Origin: Octopus sinensis
Lineage: Eukaryota
Direction: 5' to 3'
Length of the DNA: 64,000 nt
Assembly (NCBI RefSeq): GCF_006345805.1
Contig: NC_043000.1
Location: 90,024,001-90,088,000, forward strand
Shown: piece by piece, positions 37,660 to 50,257 of the stretch
Numbering within the stretch: position 1 is the stretch's first letter
How the letters are laid out: each line of letters starts with the position of its first letter
The notes under the pieces: model-generated
Database searches by the model: none
What the model was told of the DNA's origin: nothing
Seen by the model: the letters and a program-made list of their open reading frames with translations, nothing else
Translations under genes and position numbers: made by a program

Positions 37660-39850
37660 TCATTATCATCATCATCATCATCAATTAATGTCTGTTGTCC
37701 ATGCTGGCATAGGTTGGATAGTTTGACCAAGGCTGGCAAGCTGGGAGCCTGCATCAGACTCCAATCTGATTTGGCATGGTTTCTACAGCTGGATGCCCTT
37801 AATAACGCCAACCATTCTGAGACTGTAATGGGTGCTTTTGCGTGTCACCAACACAGGTGCCATTTGTGTGACACTGGTATTTGCCATGACTGTGATTTTG
37901 CTTAGCTTCATGGTTCTTTTTCTCAAGCGTGACATAATGCCAAAGGTCTCGGTCATTGCCTCTGTGAGGGCCAACACACAAAAACAGCTCAGCTATTTTG
38001 CCTCCATGAGGCCCAATGCTCAAAAAGTGCTTTTTAGGTCCCACCAGCACAGATGTCAGTTATGTGACACCAGCATCGGCCATGATTACGATTTCACTTG
38101 GCTTGATGAGTATTCTCAAGCACAGTGTGTTGCTAAAGGTCTTGGTCATTAGGCATTGCTTTTGTGAGGCCCAAAGTTTGAAGATCATGCTTTACAACCT
38201 TGTCCCATGTTTTCCTGGGTCTACCTCTATCAGATTCCCTCCACAGTTAGAGATCAGCACTTCTTTACACCACTGTCCTCGTCCATATGCATCACATGAC
38301 CATATCGGTGCAGATGTCTCTTTTGCACACCACATCTGATGCCTCTTAAGCCTAACTTTACTCTTAAGATGCTTACACTCTGTCAAACATGCACACTGAC
38401 ATTGCACATCCAGCGAAGCACACTGGCTTCATTTCTTTCAAGCCTACGCATATCCTTGGCTGTCATAGCCAATGTTTCACTGCTATGTAGCATAGCTTTT
38501 CACAGACAGGCATCATACAATCTGCCTTTAATTCTGAGGGAGAGGCACTTTGTAGCTAGCTGAGGTAGGAACTCTCTGAACTTTTCCCAGACTATTCTTA
38601 TTCTTACAGCTACACTCACAGAGCATCCACCTCAGCTACTAACTTGGTCACCTAGATAATGGAAGCTATCTGCTACCTCTAGCTTACTCCACTGGTAGTT
38701 GATGGAGTCCATTTCCTGTACATTTTCGGCGTTTATTGTACTTGTGCATCTTCCACATACAAAAGCTATTTTCCCTGTTAACCTTCCTCTGATATTGTTA
38801 CATCTATGTGTCCAAAGCTTATAACTTATGGAGTTTCTACTTTTGCCTTTTCTACAGATCAAGCAGGGTCATCTACCTGAAGAGATTTGTGATTTGTCTG
38901 CCTTCCTACTTACTAAGACTTTGGTTTTTGCTAGGTTAACTCTAAGGCCCTTCGATTCTAGACTTTGTTTCCATACCTGGAGCATTTCCAAGCCTCTTTC
39001 TTTTCAGAATCATTAAATTCAAGTGTACCATCATCCATGCGAACACATTTCTCTCCTTTGACATCACAATTTTCTCTCATTCACTGCATTGCAATTCAAA
39101 ACACTCCAGTTCTTTGGTCCTCATGTTGCTAAACATAGGCAGACCTCATCTTTTCTGCTTCTCCCTTGGCTAGATATACCTGTCTCCTAGCTTCCCTTCT
39201 AACTATCTGATACAGTTCCCTGCTATCCCCACTCTTCCAGGCTTGTTTCTTTGCTCTAGTGGCCTTGTCTACAGTATTGTTCCATCACCACATTACCCTA
39301 GGTCTGGATGGGACTTTGCACCAGCCACAAAATCCTGCAGAAATTCCCAGTTGCCCTTAAGTCACACGTCTGTAGCTCTTCCTCCCTCTCATCAAATTTC
39401 TCAATTAGGAGTCCTTATATCTCTGACCATATGAAGGGTCCTTAAGCTTCCAAATCATTCTTTTCCAGATTGGTCTGCTTCTTAGCTTCCTTCTGGCCTA
39501 GGGTCTAAAGTCACTAATGATTAGTCTATGATGGGGAGTACATTCTTCACCAGGGAGGGATTTTATATTTAAGAGCAACCATGCATTCCACTGTCTGGTG
39601 AGAATGTAATTGATATGGCTAGCACAGTCACCTGATTGGTAGGTTATCAGGTGGCTGGCTGGCTGGCTGGCTTCCTGAAATTGGTGTTATTTGCATCACA
39701 GAACCCCAGTAGCTTTATTCCCTCTTCATTTCAAGAACCAATCCTGTGGCTCCTATGTACACCATGGAAGATATCAGGCTGCCATCTGACATGTCCATTG
39801 AAATCCCCAGCCACGAAGATGAGATCATTGTCAGTCATCTTTGAGGTAGC
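37660..39850 (-). mobile_element. Degenerate RTE-clade LINE (AP-endonuclease remnant at the 5' side, (GAT)n tail)
   Basis: LIFVAGDFNGHV (APE motif) at 39850-39760; similarity to the 14135-15235 copy around 38100-38620; tail near 37660-37682. Confidence 0.8.
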
Positions 39851-39948
39851 CTGCACACACACGCATGCATGCACACACACGCATGCATGCACACACACGC
39901 ATGCACACACACGCATGCATGCACACACACGCATGCATGCACACACAC

Positions 39949-40327
39949 AAATATTAAAGGAAATAGAAAAATACAACACACATATTAAAAATTTATTTAC
40001 ATTATAATATAATTATGCTATAAAAAGATATGATATAATATAATATCACAATTAATTAAAACAAATATAAATCCAACAATTTGTTTCGACTCCTATCCAC
40101 TAGTGAATTTATAAAAATTCACTTTTACCCTGAGGAAACTTATACGCATAAATGTGAATTTTTATAAATTCACTAGTGGATAGGAGTCGAAACAAGTTGT
40201 TCGATTTATATGTGTTTTAATTATTTATTATATTATATTAAATCTTTTTATAGTATAATTGTATTATATTATAATGTAAATAAATTTTTAATATGTCTAT
40301 TGTATTTCTCTATTTCTTTTAATATTT
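39949..40327. repeat. Foldback element, about 175-bp inverted arms, containing a decayed hammerhead-like motif (CUGAGGA 40130-40136, GAAAC 40189-40193)
   Basis: 40075-40122 vs 40154-40201 differ at one position; outer arms visibly diverged. Confidence 0.8.
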
Positions 40328-40799
40328 TTATATTGTACTTATACCTATTTCTTTACTACCCACAAGGAGCTAAACACAGAAGGGACAAACATGGACAGAC
40401 AAACGGATTAAGTCGATTACATCGACTCCAGTGCGTAACTGGTACTTATTTAATCGACCCCAAAAGGATGAAAGGCAAAGTCAACCTCGGCGGAATTTGA
40501 ACTCAGAACGTAGCAGCAGACAAAATACCGCTTAGCATTTCGCCTGGCGTGCTAATGCTTCAGCCAGCTTGCCGCCTTTGTCCTTATATTGTACTTATGC
40601 CATTTTATTTGTGATATTCAACTGCAGTACCAGTAAAAATTGGATGTTTTCCATCTCTTTAAAGGAAATGGTTTTTTCCTTGGTTTGATTTATAATAATA
40701 ATAATAATAATAGTAATAATATAAACGAGGAGGACAGTGGAGATTTATTCACATCCAAAACTTTTTTACTAAAAAGTTTTCTACAGCATATATAACTCT

Positions 40800-40884
40800 G
40801 ACCTACATACGTTTCGACTGCAGTGACTGCACATTCTTTTGTATGCAGTTATGCATTCTAGTCACTGCAATTTCATCAAGGGTC
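40800..40884 (-). ncRNA. Type I hammerhead-like motif with 13-position stem II
   Basis: GACC-CUUGAUGA-AAUUGCAGUGACU..AGUCACUGCAGUC-GAAAC-GUAU-GUA|GGUC; one core deviation. Confidence 0.72.
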
Positions 40885-41070
40885 CATCAGTCATGATATT
40901 TTCAAAGTGAACTGATTCAAACAAGCACCCTGCACTGGTATTCAGTTGAAGGTGATAGCATTACTTTATAAATCTTTGATCACAAATTTGGTCAATCAGG
41001 ATTGATTTAAGGCTAAACAACAACAACAACATTATGGGAAATCAAAAAGCAACACAACCAAGAAGGTTTT

Positions 41071-41108
<38 letters not shown>

Positions 41109-41180
41109 TTGTAAGTATGTCTGAAGATATTATTTTAGCTTTCTTCCTTATTTTTTCTTTTCTTTTTTTGTATTCCGCAG

Positions 41181-41339
41181 AAAGTTAAGAACCTGTTAAA
41201 TAAGGAAAAAATCCGTGATGTCGACATGTTACGTCTTGTTATGATCTATGCACTACGCTATGAGAAACACAGCAGCAATGAGATTTCAGGACTTGTAGAT
41301 ATACTCCGGAAGAAGGGACTCAATGAAAAACTACGTTCA
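41181..41339 (+). CDS. VPS45: VPS45 exon 10 (KVKNLLNKEKIRDVDMLRLVMIYALRYE...NEKLRS)
   Basis: Acceptor CGCAG ending 41180; donor GTAAGA at 41340. Confidence 0.95.
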
Positions 41340-41799
41340 GTAAGAAATAAATATACTTTCTTTCTCATATTCCTCTGCCTTAAAAATAAGATAAAACATT
41401 ACAACAGACATAGCTGTGTTATTAAGAAGCTCACTTTGAAGCAATATGGTTTCAGGTTCAGTCCCACTGTGTAGCACAATGGGCAAATGTTTTCTGCTAC
41501 AGCCTTAGGTTGACCAATGACTTATGAGTGAATTTGGTAGAGAGAAACTGTGTGGAAACCTGTTATATATATCATATGGTAATGCTTCAATAAATACAAA
41601 AGCACTTATACATACATATATATATATATACATATACATACATACATCATCATCATCATCATCATCATCGTTTAACATCCGCTTTCCATGCTAGCATGGG
41701 TTGGACGGTTCAACTGGGGTCTGGGGAGCCCGAAGGCTGCACCAGGCCAGTCAGATCTGGCAGTGTTTCTACAGCTGGATGCCCTTCCTAACGCCATAC

Positions 41800-41855
<56 letters not shown>

Positions 41856-41864
41856 TATATATGT

Positions 41865-42315
41865 ATACAAAATTAGAAAATGGAGAAACATACTTAAATC
41901 AATCATACCTGCCTTATATGGCTTATAGGTTAAATGAGGCATACTTGTCTTCACGGCCGAAACAGCTGTCAGATATGATGTAATTGTATTTTATATTTCT
42001 TTTTCCTTGTCTAATTATATTTACAATATATTTTGTATAATGTCTTTGCTGTTATGTAATGGTGTAATAAAGTATTGATTGGGTATTATCTGATGGTTGA
42101 TGTTTGATTGATTTAAGTATGTTTCTCCATTTTCTAATTTTGTATTATTAATTTACGGTAATATTTTTACCCTTGCCCTCATAATACAGTAAATGAATTA
42201 ATTGCGTGGCAATTTTTAACATTTATGTATTAGTCTTGTTGGGTACCTCTCTAGCAGTATATTGGATATATGTTATCCCATGGTGGGTTGAATTTTCAAC
42301 CCCTATCTCATTTTA
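41865..42315 (+). mobile_element. Penelope-like terminal-repeat remnant with a 41-bp inversion and the 3' half of a hammerhead
   Basis: 41865-41905 is the exact reverse complement of 42105-42145; GGCC-GAAAC-AGCU-GUC|AGAU at 41955-41974; tail homologous to 13257-13690. Confidence 0.7.
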
Positions 42316-42342
42316 TAACTGATATATATACATATATATATA

Positions 42343-42464
<122 letters not shown>

Positions 42465-42544
42465 CATACATATACATACATACATATATATATATATGTA
42501 TATATGTATGTATGTATGTATATATATATATATTTCTTTATTGC

Positions 42545-42762
42545 CTACAAGGGGCTAAACATAGAGAGGACAAACAAGGACAGACAAAGAGATTAAGTCG
42601 ATTACATCGACCCCAGTGCGAAACTGGTACTTTATCTATCGACCCCGAAAGGATGAAAGGCAAAGTCAACCGCGGCGGAATTTGAACTCAGAACTTAATG
42701 ACAGATGAAATACCGCTAAGCATTTCACCCGGTGCGCTAACGTCTCTGCCAGCTCACCGCCT
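42545..42762 (-). mobile_element. tRNA-derived SINE (family A; other copies near 19735, 22640, 26040, 34240, 36545, 40360, 52470, 56505)
   Basis: Head AGGCGGTGAGCTGGCAGA, B box GAGTTCAAATTCC, conserved core GCCTTTCATCCTTTCGGGGTCGATA (resembles a MetaSINE-type core; tentative). Confidence 0.8.
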
Positions 42763-42787
42763 ATATGTATGTATATATATATGTATG

Positions 42788-42828
<41 letters not shown>

Positions 42829-42909
42829 ATATATGTATATAGATATATGTGTGTATATAGATATATGTGTGTGTATATAGATATATGTGTGTGTATATAT
42901 AGATATACT

Positions 42910-43264
42910 CATTACTCTTTTACTTGTTTCAGTCATTTTGACTGCGGCCATGCTGGTCTCTTTTGCCGAACCGCTAAGTGACAGGGACGTAAACACACCA
43001 GCATCGGTTGTCAAGCAATGCTAAGGGGACAAACACAGACACACAAACATATACACACACACACTTATATATATATACATATATATATATATACATATAT
43101 ACGACAGGCTTCTTTCAGTTTCCGTCTACCAAATCCACTCACAAGGCATTGGTCGGCCCGGGGCTATAGCAGAAGACACTTGCCCAAGATGCCACGCAGT
43201 GGGACTGAACCCGGAACCATGTGGTTGGTTAGCAAGCTACTTACCACACAGCCACTCCTGCGCC

Positions 43265-43265
<1 letters not shown>
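42910..43265 (-). mobile_element. tRNA-derived SINE (family B; other copies near 19960, 23850, 29520, 41400, 45170, 48670, 56100, 60915)
   Basis: Head AGGCGCAGGAGTGGCTGTGTGGTAAG, B-box-like GGTTCAGTCCC, shared body and TGACTGAAACAAGTAAAAGA tail. Confidence 0.8.
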
Positions 43266-43300
<35 letters not shown>

Positions 43301-43599
43301 ACATACATACAAAAGCTAAGAGAGTAAAGATAATCTTGAAATAAAACTCTCTAAATCTTGTAGATGCAGCTACCCAGGATTTCCTGATGGAAATAATAAT
43401 TTATTCCTCCATTTATCAAGCTGAAAACAAGACCATTTGTCAGTTGTCTTTTGAGCAAATAACGTTTAAACAAGAGACACTTGTAAAGAATACAAAGAGA
43501 AAAACATGGAAGAGGTAGCCAATGTTACAACAATTCGATGTCAAGCAGATGTAAACCAGATGTTAATGGCTTACTAAGTGTCTGGTAGTCTACTTTTAA

Positions 43600-44190
43600 A
43601 TTCTGACAACATGTAATTCTTGAAATGCAGACATACAGAAAAAATGTTGTTCCTTGAATTTATGTATTCATTGGAGGTTCTCAAGTTTTTTAATAGATAC
43701 AGTTTGTCAAGAGAACACAATGAATATTTCTTAGACCTGTTAATATAGGGTCTGGATTTGGAGAGGATTTTCTATTTGATGTCGAAATTGGTCCCTTCAT
43801 CTTTAAGTTTCCAGATTAAAGCCAAAAGAGTTGTTGAATGTCTTTTAATCATGGTATCTAATATTTGAAAGATAGTTGTTTTATCTAGATTTAAGTTTTC
43901 CTTCTATGGCTTCAATATTTATGTTTGATATCTGTACGACCATTGTCGTAATTTGTTGAAATCTATGCTTCATAAACAACTGAAGATATATTGCACTCCT
44001 TTCCTAGAGGACATTTAGATTTGTCTTTATATGTGCATCTGAGGCAGGATTGAGTTGTCTGTTGTTCATTGATATACGACTTAACATTAGGAGGACAAGA
44101 AAAGGTAAATTTGTTACTTTTAACATCTGGTTTACATCGGCTTGACATCAAATTATTGTAATGTTGGTTATCTCCTTTGTGTTTTACTCT
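43600..44190 (-). pseudogene. Penelope-like GIY-YIG endonuclease remnant
   Basis: FSCPPNVKSYIN...CLRCTYKDKSKCPLGKECNISSVVYEA*...LIWKLKDEGTNFDIK*KILSKSRPY...SLCSLDKLY...NSRNNIFSVCLH, with stops and frameshifts, following the PLE endonuclease layout. Confidence 0.75.
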
Positions 44191-44398
44191 TTCTCTTCAT
44201 CTTTACATGCCTCATCTACTCAAAAGAGTGGTTAGGAACCAAGCTTGTTACCACACAACCGTGTCTGAATAGTGTTTAATTTGAAATTTCTGTTAATATA
44301 AATGACAATTGGATTTCAAGGATACATTTTAAGGATTCTGAAATATTAAATTTGATTATTTTTGTTCTTGTTATTTCTTTTTTTTTTTTTCACCCCAG

Positions 44399-44506
44399 AA
44401 GGTGCAAGCACTCCTTGATTATGGAGGGAGCCAAGCACGAGGAACAGATCTGTTTGAGAATGAAGATCCTGTTGCAATAACAAAGCGTTTCCTGAAAGGA
44501 TTAAAG
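44399..44506 (+). CDS. VPS45: VPS45 exon 11 ([36 protein letters not shown])
   Basis: Long T tract then CCCAG ending 44398; donor GTACGA at 44507. Confidence 0.94.
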
Positions 44507-45326
44507 GTACGAAACTAGTTAATTCATTTACAGAAGCTGTCTACTTTATGTGTGTATGTATGTATGTGTGTGTGGACCAGTTGCCAATTAACAGCTAATC
44601 ACCTTGTTAATTGACTACTGCTTTATTAACTTGACAATTACTATTTAAACCAGTCAAGGACAAACCATGGCCCACGACACTTTCATGGCATCCTCTGAGT
44701 AAAGATTTCACTGTACTAGCTACAGAGTAAGGCCAAAAAAGCTTGCATGTGCTCTTTTATTAATATTAGCATTTTGGTTTTTGTCTTATCAGTCATTCTT
44801 CTAAGATAATTAATTTTATACTTTGAAATCTCTAATCACTTTCTGTTTTAAGAAGCAGGTCATCAGCAAATATGTCCCTTTGAATTATCACTCAATAAAT
44901 AGAAGGGAATGAAGAAATGAGATTATCTATTTGTACACAAAATTCCTTGCTTTCAACACTAACCTTACTTATAACATTGTTATATGTAGGTGCATCAGTT
45001 TTCACAAATTATTCATCTATATCTCATTTCTTTAGTACCTACAAGACTACACAATACTACAGAATTATTTCCAGTCAGTTTCATATCCAAATTGGAGACA
45101 TCCATTAGTCTTGTAAGGCCATAGATCTGGTCATGTTTTAGTATTGTCGGCAGAGTGAACTCATAGGTGCAAATGTGCCTGTGTGGTAAGAAGCTTGCTT
45201 CTCAACTACATGGTTCCAGGTTTAGCCCCACTGCATGATACATTGGGCAAATATCTTCTACTATAGCATCGGGCTGACCAAAGTCTTGTGTGTGGATTTG
45301 GTAGATGGAAACTGAAAGAAGTCTGT

Positions 45327-45386
<60 letters not shown>

Positions 45387-46763
45387 GTGTGTGTGTCTTT
45401 GTATGTCTCCCCACCATTGCTCGACAACTGATGTTTGTGTGTTTATGTCCCTGTAATTTATTGGTTCAGTAAAAGAGACTGACAGAATAAGCACTACGCT
45501 TACAAAGAATATGTCCTGGGGTTGATTTCTTCAACTAAAACTCTTTAAGACAGTGCTCTGGCATAGCTGCAGTCAAATGACTAGAATATGTAAAACTAAG
45601 AAGAAAGAGTAGTGTCTGTTGTGACTGTATAGACTCATACATAAATGAGTCATGGATGCAGTAACAGCATTTGAAGGCATTGTCTTGGGAATGTTTTCCC
45701 ATGAATTTTGCTTTATTTCATCAATAAGCCTCAACTTCTCCTCTTGCATTTTTAAACCCTTGTCTAGTTCCAGTGGTCACCAGCAATGTGCTTCCATTTT
45801 TCAACACTCATGAAAAGAGACTTCATGTCTATCCTGCAGACAACTTTCAGATGACGATGAGGACATCCCTATGTTCTTTGACCAGAGACCAGTTCACCAT
45901 ACTGCAGATTTTTTTAGTATCCTTCCATCTGCAATGTACATGGCTCAGCCAGCAAAGATATCTTTGTTGCAACTGGATAAGGAAACTGGCAAGCCATTGT
46001 TGGTGACATGGATAATGAAACTAGCAAGCCATTGTTGGTGATTTGGTCAGTTCACTTGATGTCCAGGATCCATTTCAGGCTATGTAGGTAGAAGGCATTC
46101 ACACACTACTCTTTTTTGGACTCTTTCCAATCAACTTCATGTCTACATAATTATTGATTATGGTATGGAAATTAAGTTCAACCCTGTCCATTTCTACCAT
46201 TGATGTGGTGTTTTTTGTATTTTTCTCCCCAAATTTTTAGATTTTGTTTAACCTCAGGTAATAAAAGGCTTTTCAGTCATGACTATCTCATCTTTCATTT
46301 CTCAATTAGTGTATCAAGAACATTGTTTTTTTTAGCTTTATGCCATTTCTCATGTTTATATCTGACTTGTGGATTTGAAATCAACCAACATAGCAACCTG
46401 AGTGTACAAAATATGGATGCAATTAAAATTTAGACACACGACCATTTGTCAGCCTCTTTGGATTTAAAAATAAAATAAGCCAATGATGGGATGAGAGGGT
46501 CTTCACAATTGTCGAACCTGCAAGAATCAACAGCCATACCATCTCAAAATAATGTAGGTTTATTGATCAAATTGTTTGAGTGGAAGAAATGATCATGATT
46601 GGAGTGTCTTTGATCATAAGGTCTGTTCAGTCAGGGCTGACTTGGGGCTTAACAAAAAAAATGAAACCCAATTATCAGCACAAATTTCTTGCATCTTAAA
46701 GTCTAGAATTTTTTTCTAGAGTGGTTTAGTTCTGTTTACATTCTGCTGTCTTACTACTTTCAG

Positions 46764-46885
46764 GGTGTTGAAAATGTCTACACACAGCACAAACCTCTGT
46801 TACATTCCATATTAGATCAACTAACAAAGGGCAAGCTGAAGGAATCCAGTTATCCTTATTTAGGGACTGGGCAATTGAAAGATCG
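46764..46885 (+). CDS. VPS45: VPS45 exon 12 ([41 protein letters not shown])
   Basis: Acceptor TTCAG ending 46763; donor GTGAGT at 46886, phase 2. Confidence 0.96.
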
Positions 46886-49320
46886 GTGAGTGATACAAAT
46901 GATATTTCTTTACTCTCTTTTATTCATCCTTTTATCTTTTATTCATCTAGATTGAGTCATACAATGAATATTAGTGCACCATCAGAACTTCCTTTCATCT
47001 AAATTACTTTTTTTGCCAAAATTAAAAATATTACCATTATCATCATCATCATTTTATGTCTGCTTTTTCAGGCTGGCATGGATTTCATAATTTGACAAAG
47101 GTCTTGAGAACTGTGTCATGTTCCAATGTCTCTGTTTTGGCCTAGTTTTCTATGGCTGGATACTGCCCTTCCTCACACCAGCCCCTTTACAGATTATACT
47201 GGGTGCTTTTTTCATACCACCAGCACCAATGCAACAGGCAAAACTAAAAAAACTAAAAAAAAAAATAATAAAAGGGCCCTCTACAACCTTTAGAATAATA
47301 GGGGAGAGTGTGATAATTGTAGGTGAGATGCCAAGAGAGGCTAAAATGAGGGAAGACAGAGTTATGATTGTGGAGAGAGTAGCAGAATAGGCACCATAGG
47401 GGAAGAGTGAATGTAATGGATAGGAGAAGGGACTAGTGTTAAAGGTTAGTGAGAAAGGAGGGACAAAGTGATAGATCATTTTGGGTTTTTCCCCTAGTTG
47501 TGATGTTTCCCCAAGTCAAGATGTTCAAAACTTTCCAAAATCATAATTTACTTTAGCTGTGTTCCTACGTGGCCTGTGAAGACAAAGCCTTTTTTTGTCA
47601 AACATCTTAATCCATTATCACCATTTTCAGTTTGTGAATAGAATCCAATCCTGTGTCCTCTTTCAGGTTGTTAATAAATATCAGACAACATCTCCCTCAT
47701 TTGCTAGTACCATGTGACTCCCAGAACACAAGTTTTGATGCTTCTTCTTCCTGGTGCTGCTTGCAATGACCTGATATATAGAGACGTCATTCTCCAATCT
47801 TGTTGGCCACATTTGGAAGGATCCTATAGAAATACTCATTGATCATGTGCTGTTGCCATTTCACATCCAGGACTCTTCATAGATTCCATCTATAGCTGCC
47901 AACTACACTCTTCTTTGCTTGTTTGGAAATGTCCATGTCCCACTTCCAAAAGCACTGACTCAGCAGTGGCAAGGATCAGTTTGATTTTTGTTCCTCTTGA
48001 CAATCTTGATTTCCATACTCTCTTGAGTTTGTGACATGCTGTTCAAGCCTTGTTTTACTGATTTTGATATCAGCATTGAAGGTATAATCATCAAAAATTT
48101 TGATCTACTTTAAGAAGAGATAAAAATTTGATGAAGTACATAGTTGATGGAATGCTATACTGGGGCTATCACAGCATTCAAACAAAACATTATCATCATA
48201 CTAGTTATTTATTAATGCATCACTGCCTGTTACTGGAACTTATTGGTGCTGCCACATATTTCAGGTTGCATTACTGGCACTCCACTGGTTATGATGACAA
48301 GGGTTCCAATTGATCTGATCAATGTTTAGCCTGCTTGTGAAATTAACATGCAAGTGGCTAAGCACTCCACAGACATATGTACCCTTAATGTAGTTCTCAA
48401 GGAGATTCAGCGTGACACAGAATGTGACAAGGCTGAACATTTGAAATATACTACTTTGTATATTTGTTACTGATAAGTTCTATTGTTGTGGGGAACATTA
48501 TACATTGACACAAGTGTAATATTGTTACGTATTATATGAAAGAAGTAACTGAGTCATTGGATGCCAAACATGTGGAAATCCTGCTTTTTGCTTTTTTTTA
48601 AATTTAATTTCAGGAAAAAAAAAAGTAATGATCACAAGCAAGTTATTTAAAGGTTAAACATTTAGACTTAGGTGCAGGTTTGACTGCGTGGTTATGAAAC
48701 TTGCTTCTCAACCATTCAGTCTTGGGTTCAGTCTCACAATGTGGCACCTTGGGCAAGTATTTTCTACTATGGTCCCAGGCTGGCCAAAACCTTGTGAGTG
48801 AATTAGATAGATTGAAAATGAAAAAGAAGCCCAGCATTACACATGTGTGTGTGTGTGTGTCTGTCTGTCCCATTCTCTTTTGCTTTTTAATGTAGAGTAA
48901 ATTTTGACCAACCACTGACTTGGTAGTAAGGTTGTGAAGGAAAGTATAATTTAACTGCCATCCTTTAAATCTCAAGAAATCTTGCAGATTTTTATAGAGA
49001 ATGCAATTAAGGATTTGCATTCTCTTCCCAAGATTCTATGTTCAGCCATACTTTGCTCCAGATGGGTTGAGTGTGTGTATGTGTGTATGCATGCATATCT
49101 GTGTGAGTTTTTTTAGTGATGGTGAAGAAGGTGCAGAAGCCACAGCACTAAACTATAGTTTTGATATCAACTGTATATGTGAAAACTGTTTGTTTTCTCC
49201 TGTCAAACTTAAATTGGTTTAATTCGTAGCAAACTAAGACTTTGGATTTTAGGTGTTAAATAAGACAATCATTTTTAAAGCATAGCATTCATTAAAAGCA
49301 TAGAAACTGAAAGATTGGAA

Positions 49321-49750
49321 TAAAGGTTTTTGCCAACATAACATGGCAGTCCTGGTTTAGTACAAATATTGCTGCAATTTAGCCCCAGGAGACATCATCT
49401 CCAGCTGGCTAAACGACATGATCTGTGTTCTTATATTTTCGAACAAAGGAATCTAGCACCCCCACTCAGCTCAAAACAATATCCGTGTATCGTGATTTCG
49501 GGGTTATTTCCATTCATCAGCACTGAATAATTGTTCAGCTAGAGATGGCGCTGCCAAATTCCTGTTCGATATATATAGTTTTCAAAGTGACAACTAGTCA
49601 CTGATCTATAAATTAGAAAATGACTATTTTTAAATCTCACAAGGAGAGATATTCAGCAACAGTTCTTTGGAGTAAAGCTTTTTGCCAACATAACACGGCA
49701 GTCTTGGTTTAGGACGAATGTTGCTGTAATTTAGCCCAAGGAGACATCCA
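49321..49750 (-). mobile_element. Retrozyme-like non-autonomous element: about 75-bp direct repeats 352 bp apart enclosing a hammerhead motif
   Basis: GCCAACATAAC...GGAGACATC at 49332 and 49684; hammerhead motif at 49483-49525. Confidence 0.65.
49483..49525 (-). ncRNA. Minimal type I hammerhead motif
   Basis: CAGUG-CUGAUGA-AUGG-aaauaa-CCCC-GAAAU-CACG-AUA|CACGG; intact core, weak stem II. Confidence 0.7.
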
Positions 49751-50125
49751 AGAGTATAACAATATCTATTTCGACACACAATTTCACATCAGGAATTTTG
49801 CAAAACAAATACATAAACATAACCTTTTGTTACCATACATTTGTTAAAATACAGTACGATTATTTCAGTTGATTTTGAAAATAATAAAGAAATTAATAAA
49901 ATGACTATCAGTATTAAGCAGGTTTTGCAACTTAAATAAATATGAAATTTCAGAGCAAGATTTTAACATAGGTAAGTTCCAGACAGGAAGTTTGTAATAC
50001 AGAACCAGGGGCAGTATCAGGCGAGTTTGTATCAAAAAGGCTCATGAAGACTAAAATATAAACTAAAGCAATTAGAGGTTAAGATATATTTTGTTGCTGA
50101 AATGTTTTAATTCTTCTACTTTCAG

Positions 50126-50257
50126 TCCACAAGACATTATAGTATTTATGATTGGTGGAACAACATATGAAGAGGCTCTAACTGTGCACTGCATTAACAG
50201 ATCTGTAACTGGTGTGCGTATTGTTATCGGTGGTACAGCTGTACATAATTCGAAAAG
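50126..50257 (+). CDS. VPS45: VPS45 exon 13 ([43 protein letters not shown])
   Basis: Acceptor TTCAG ending 50125; donor GTAAGA at 50258; Sec1-family IVFMIGGxTYEE motif. Confidence 0.96.
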
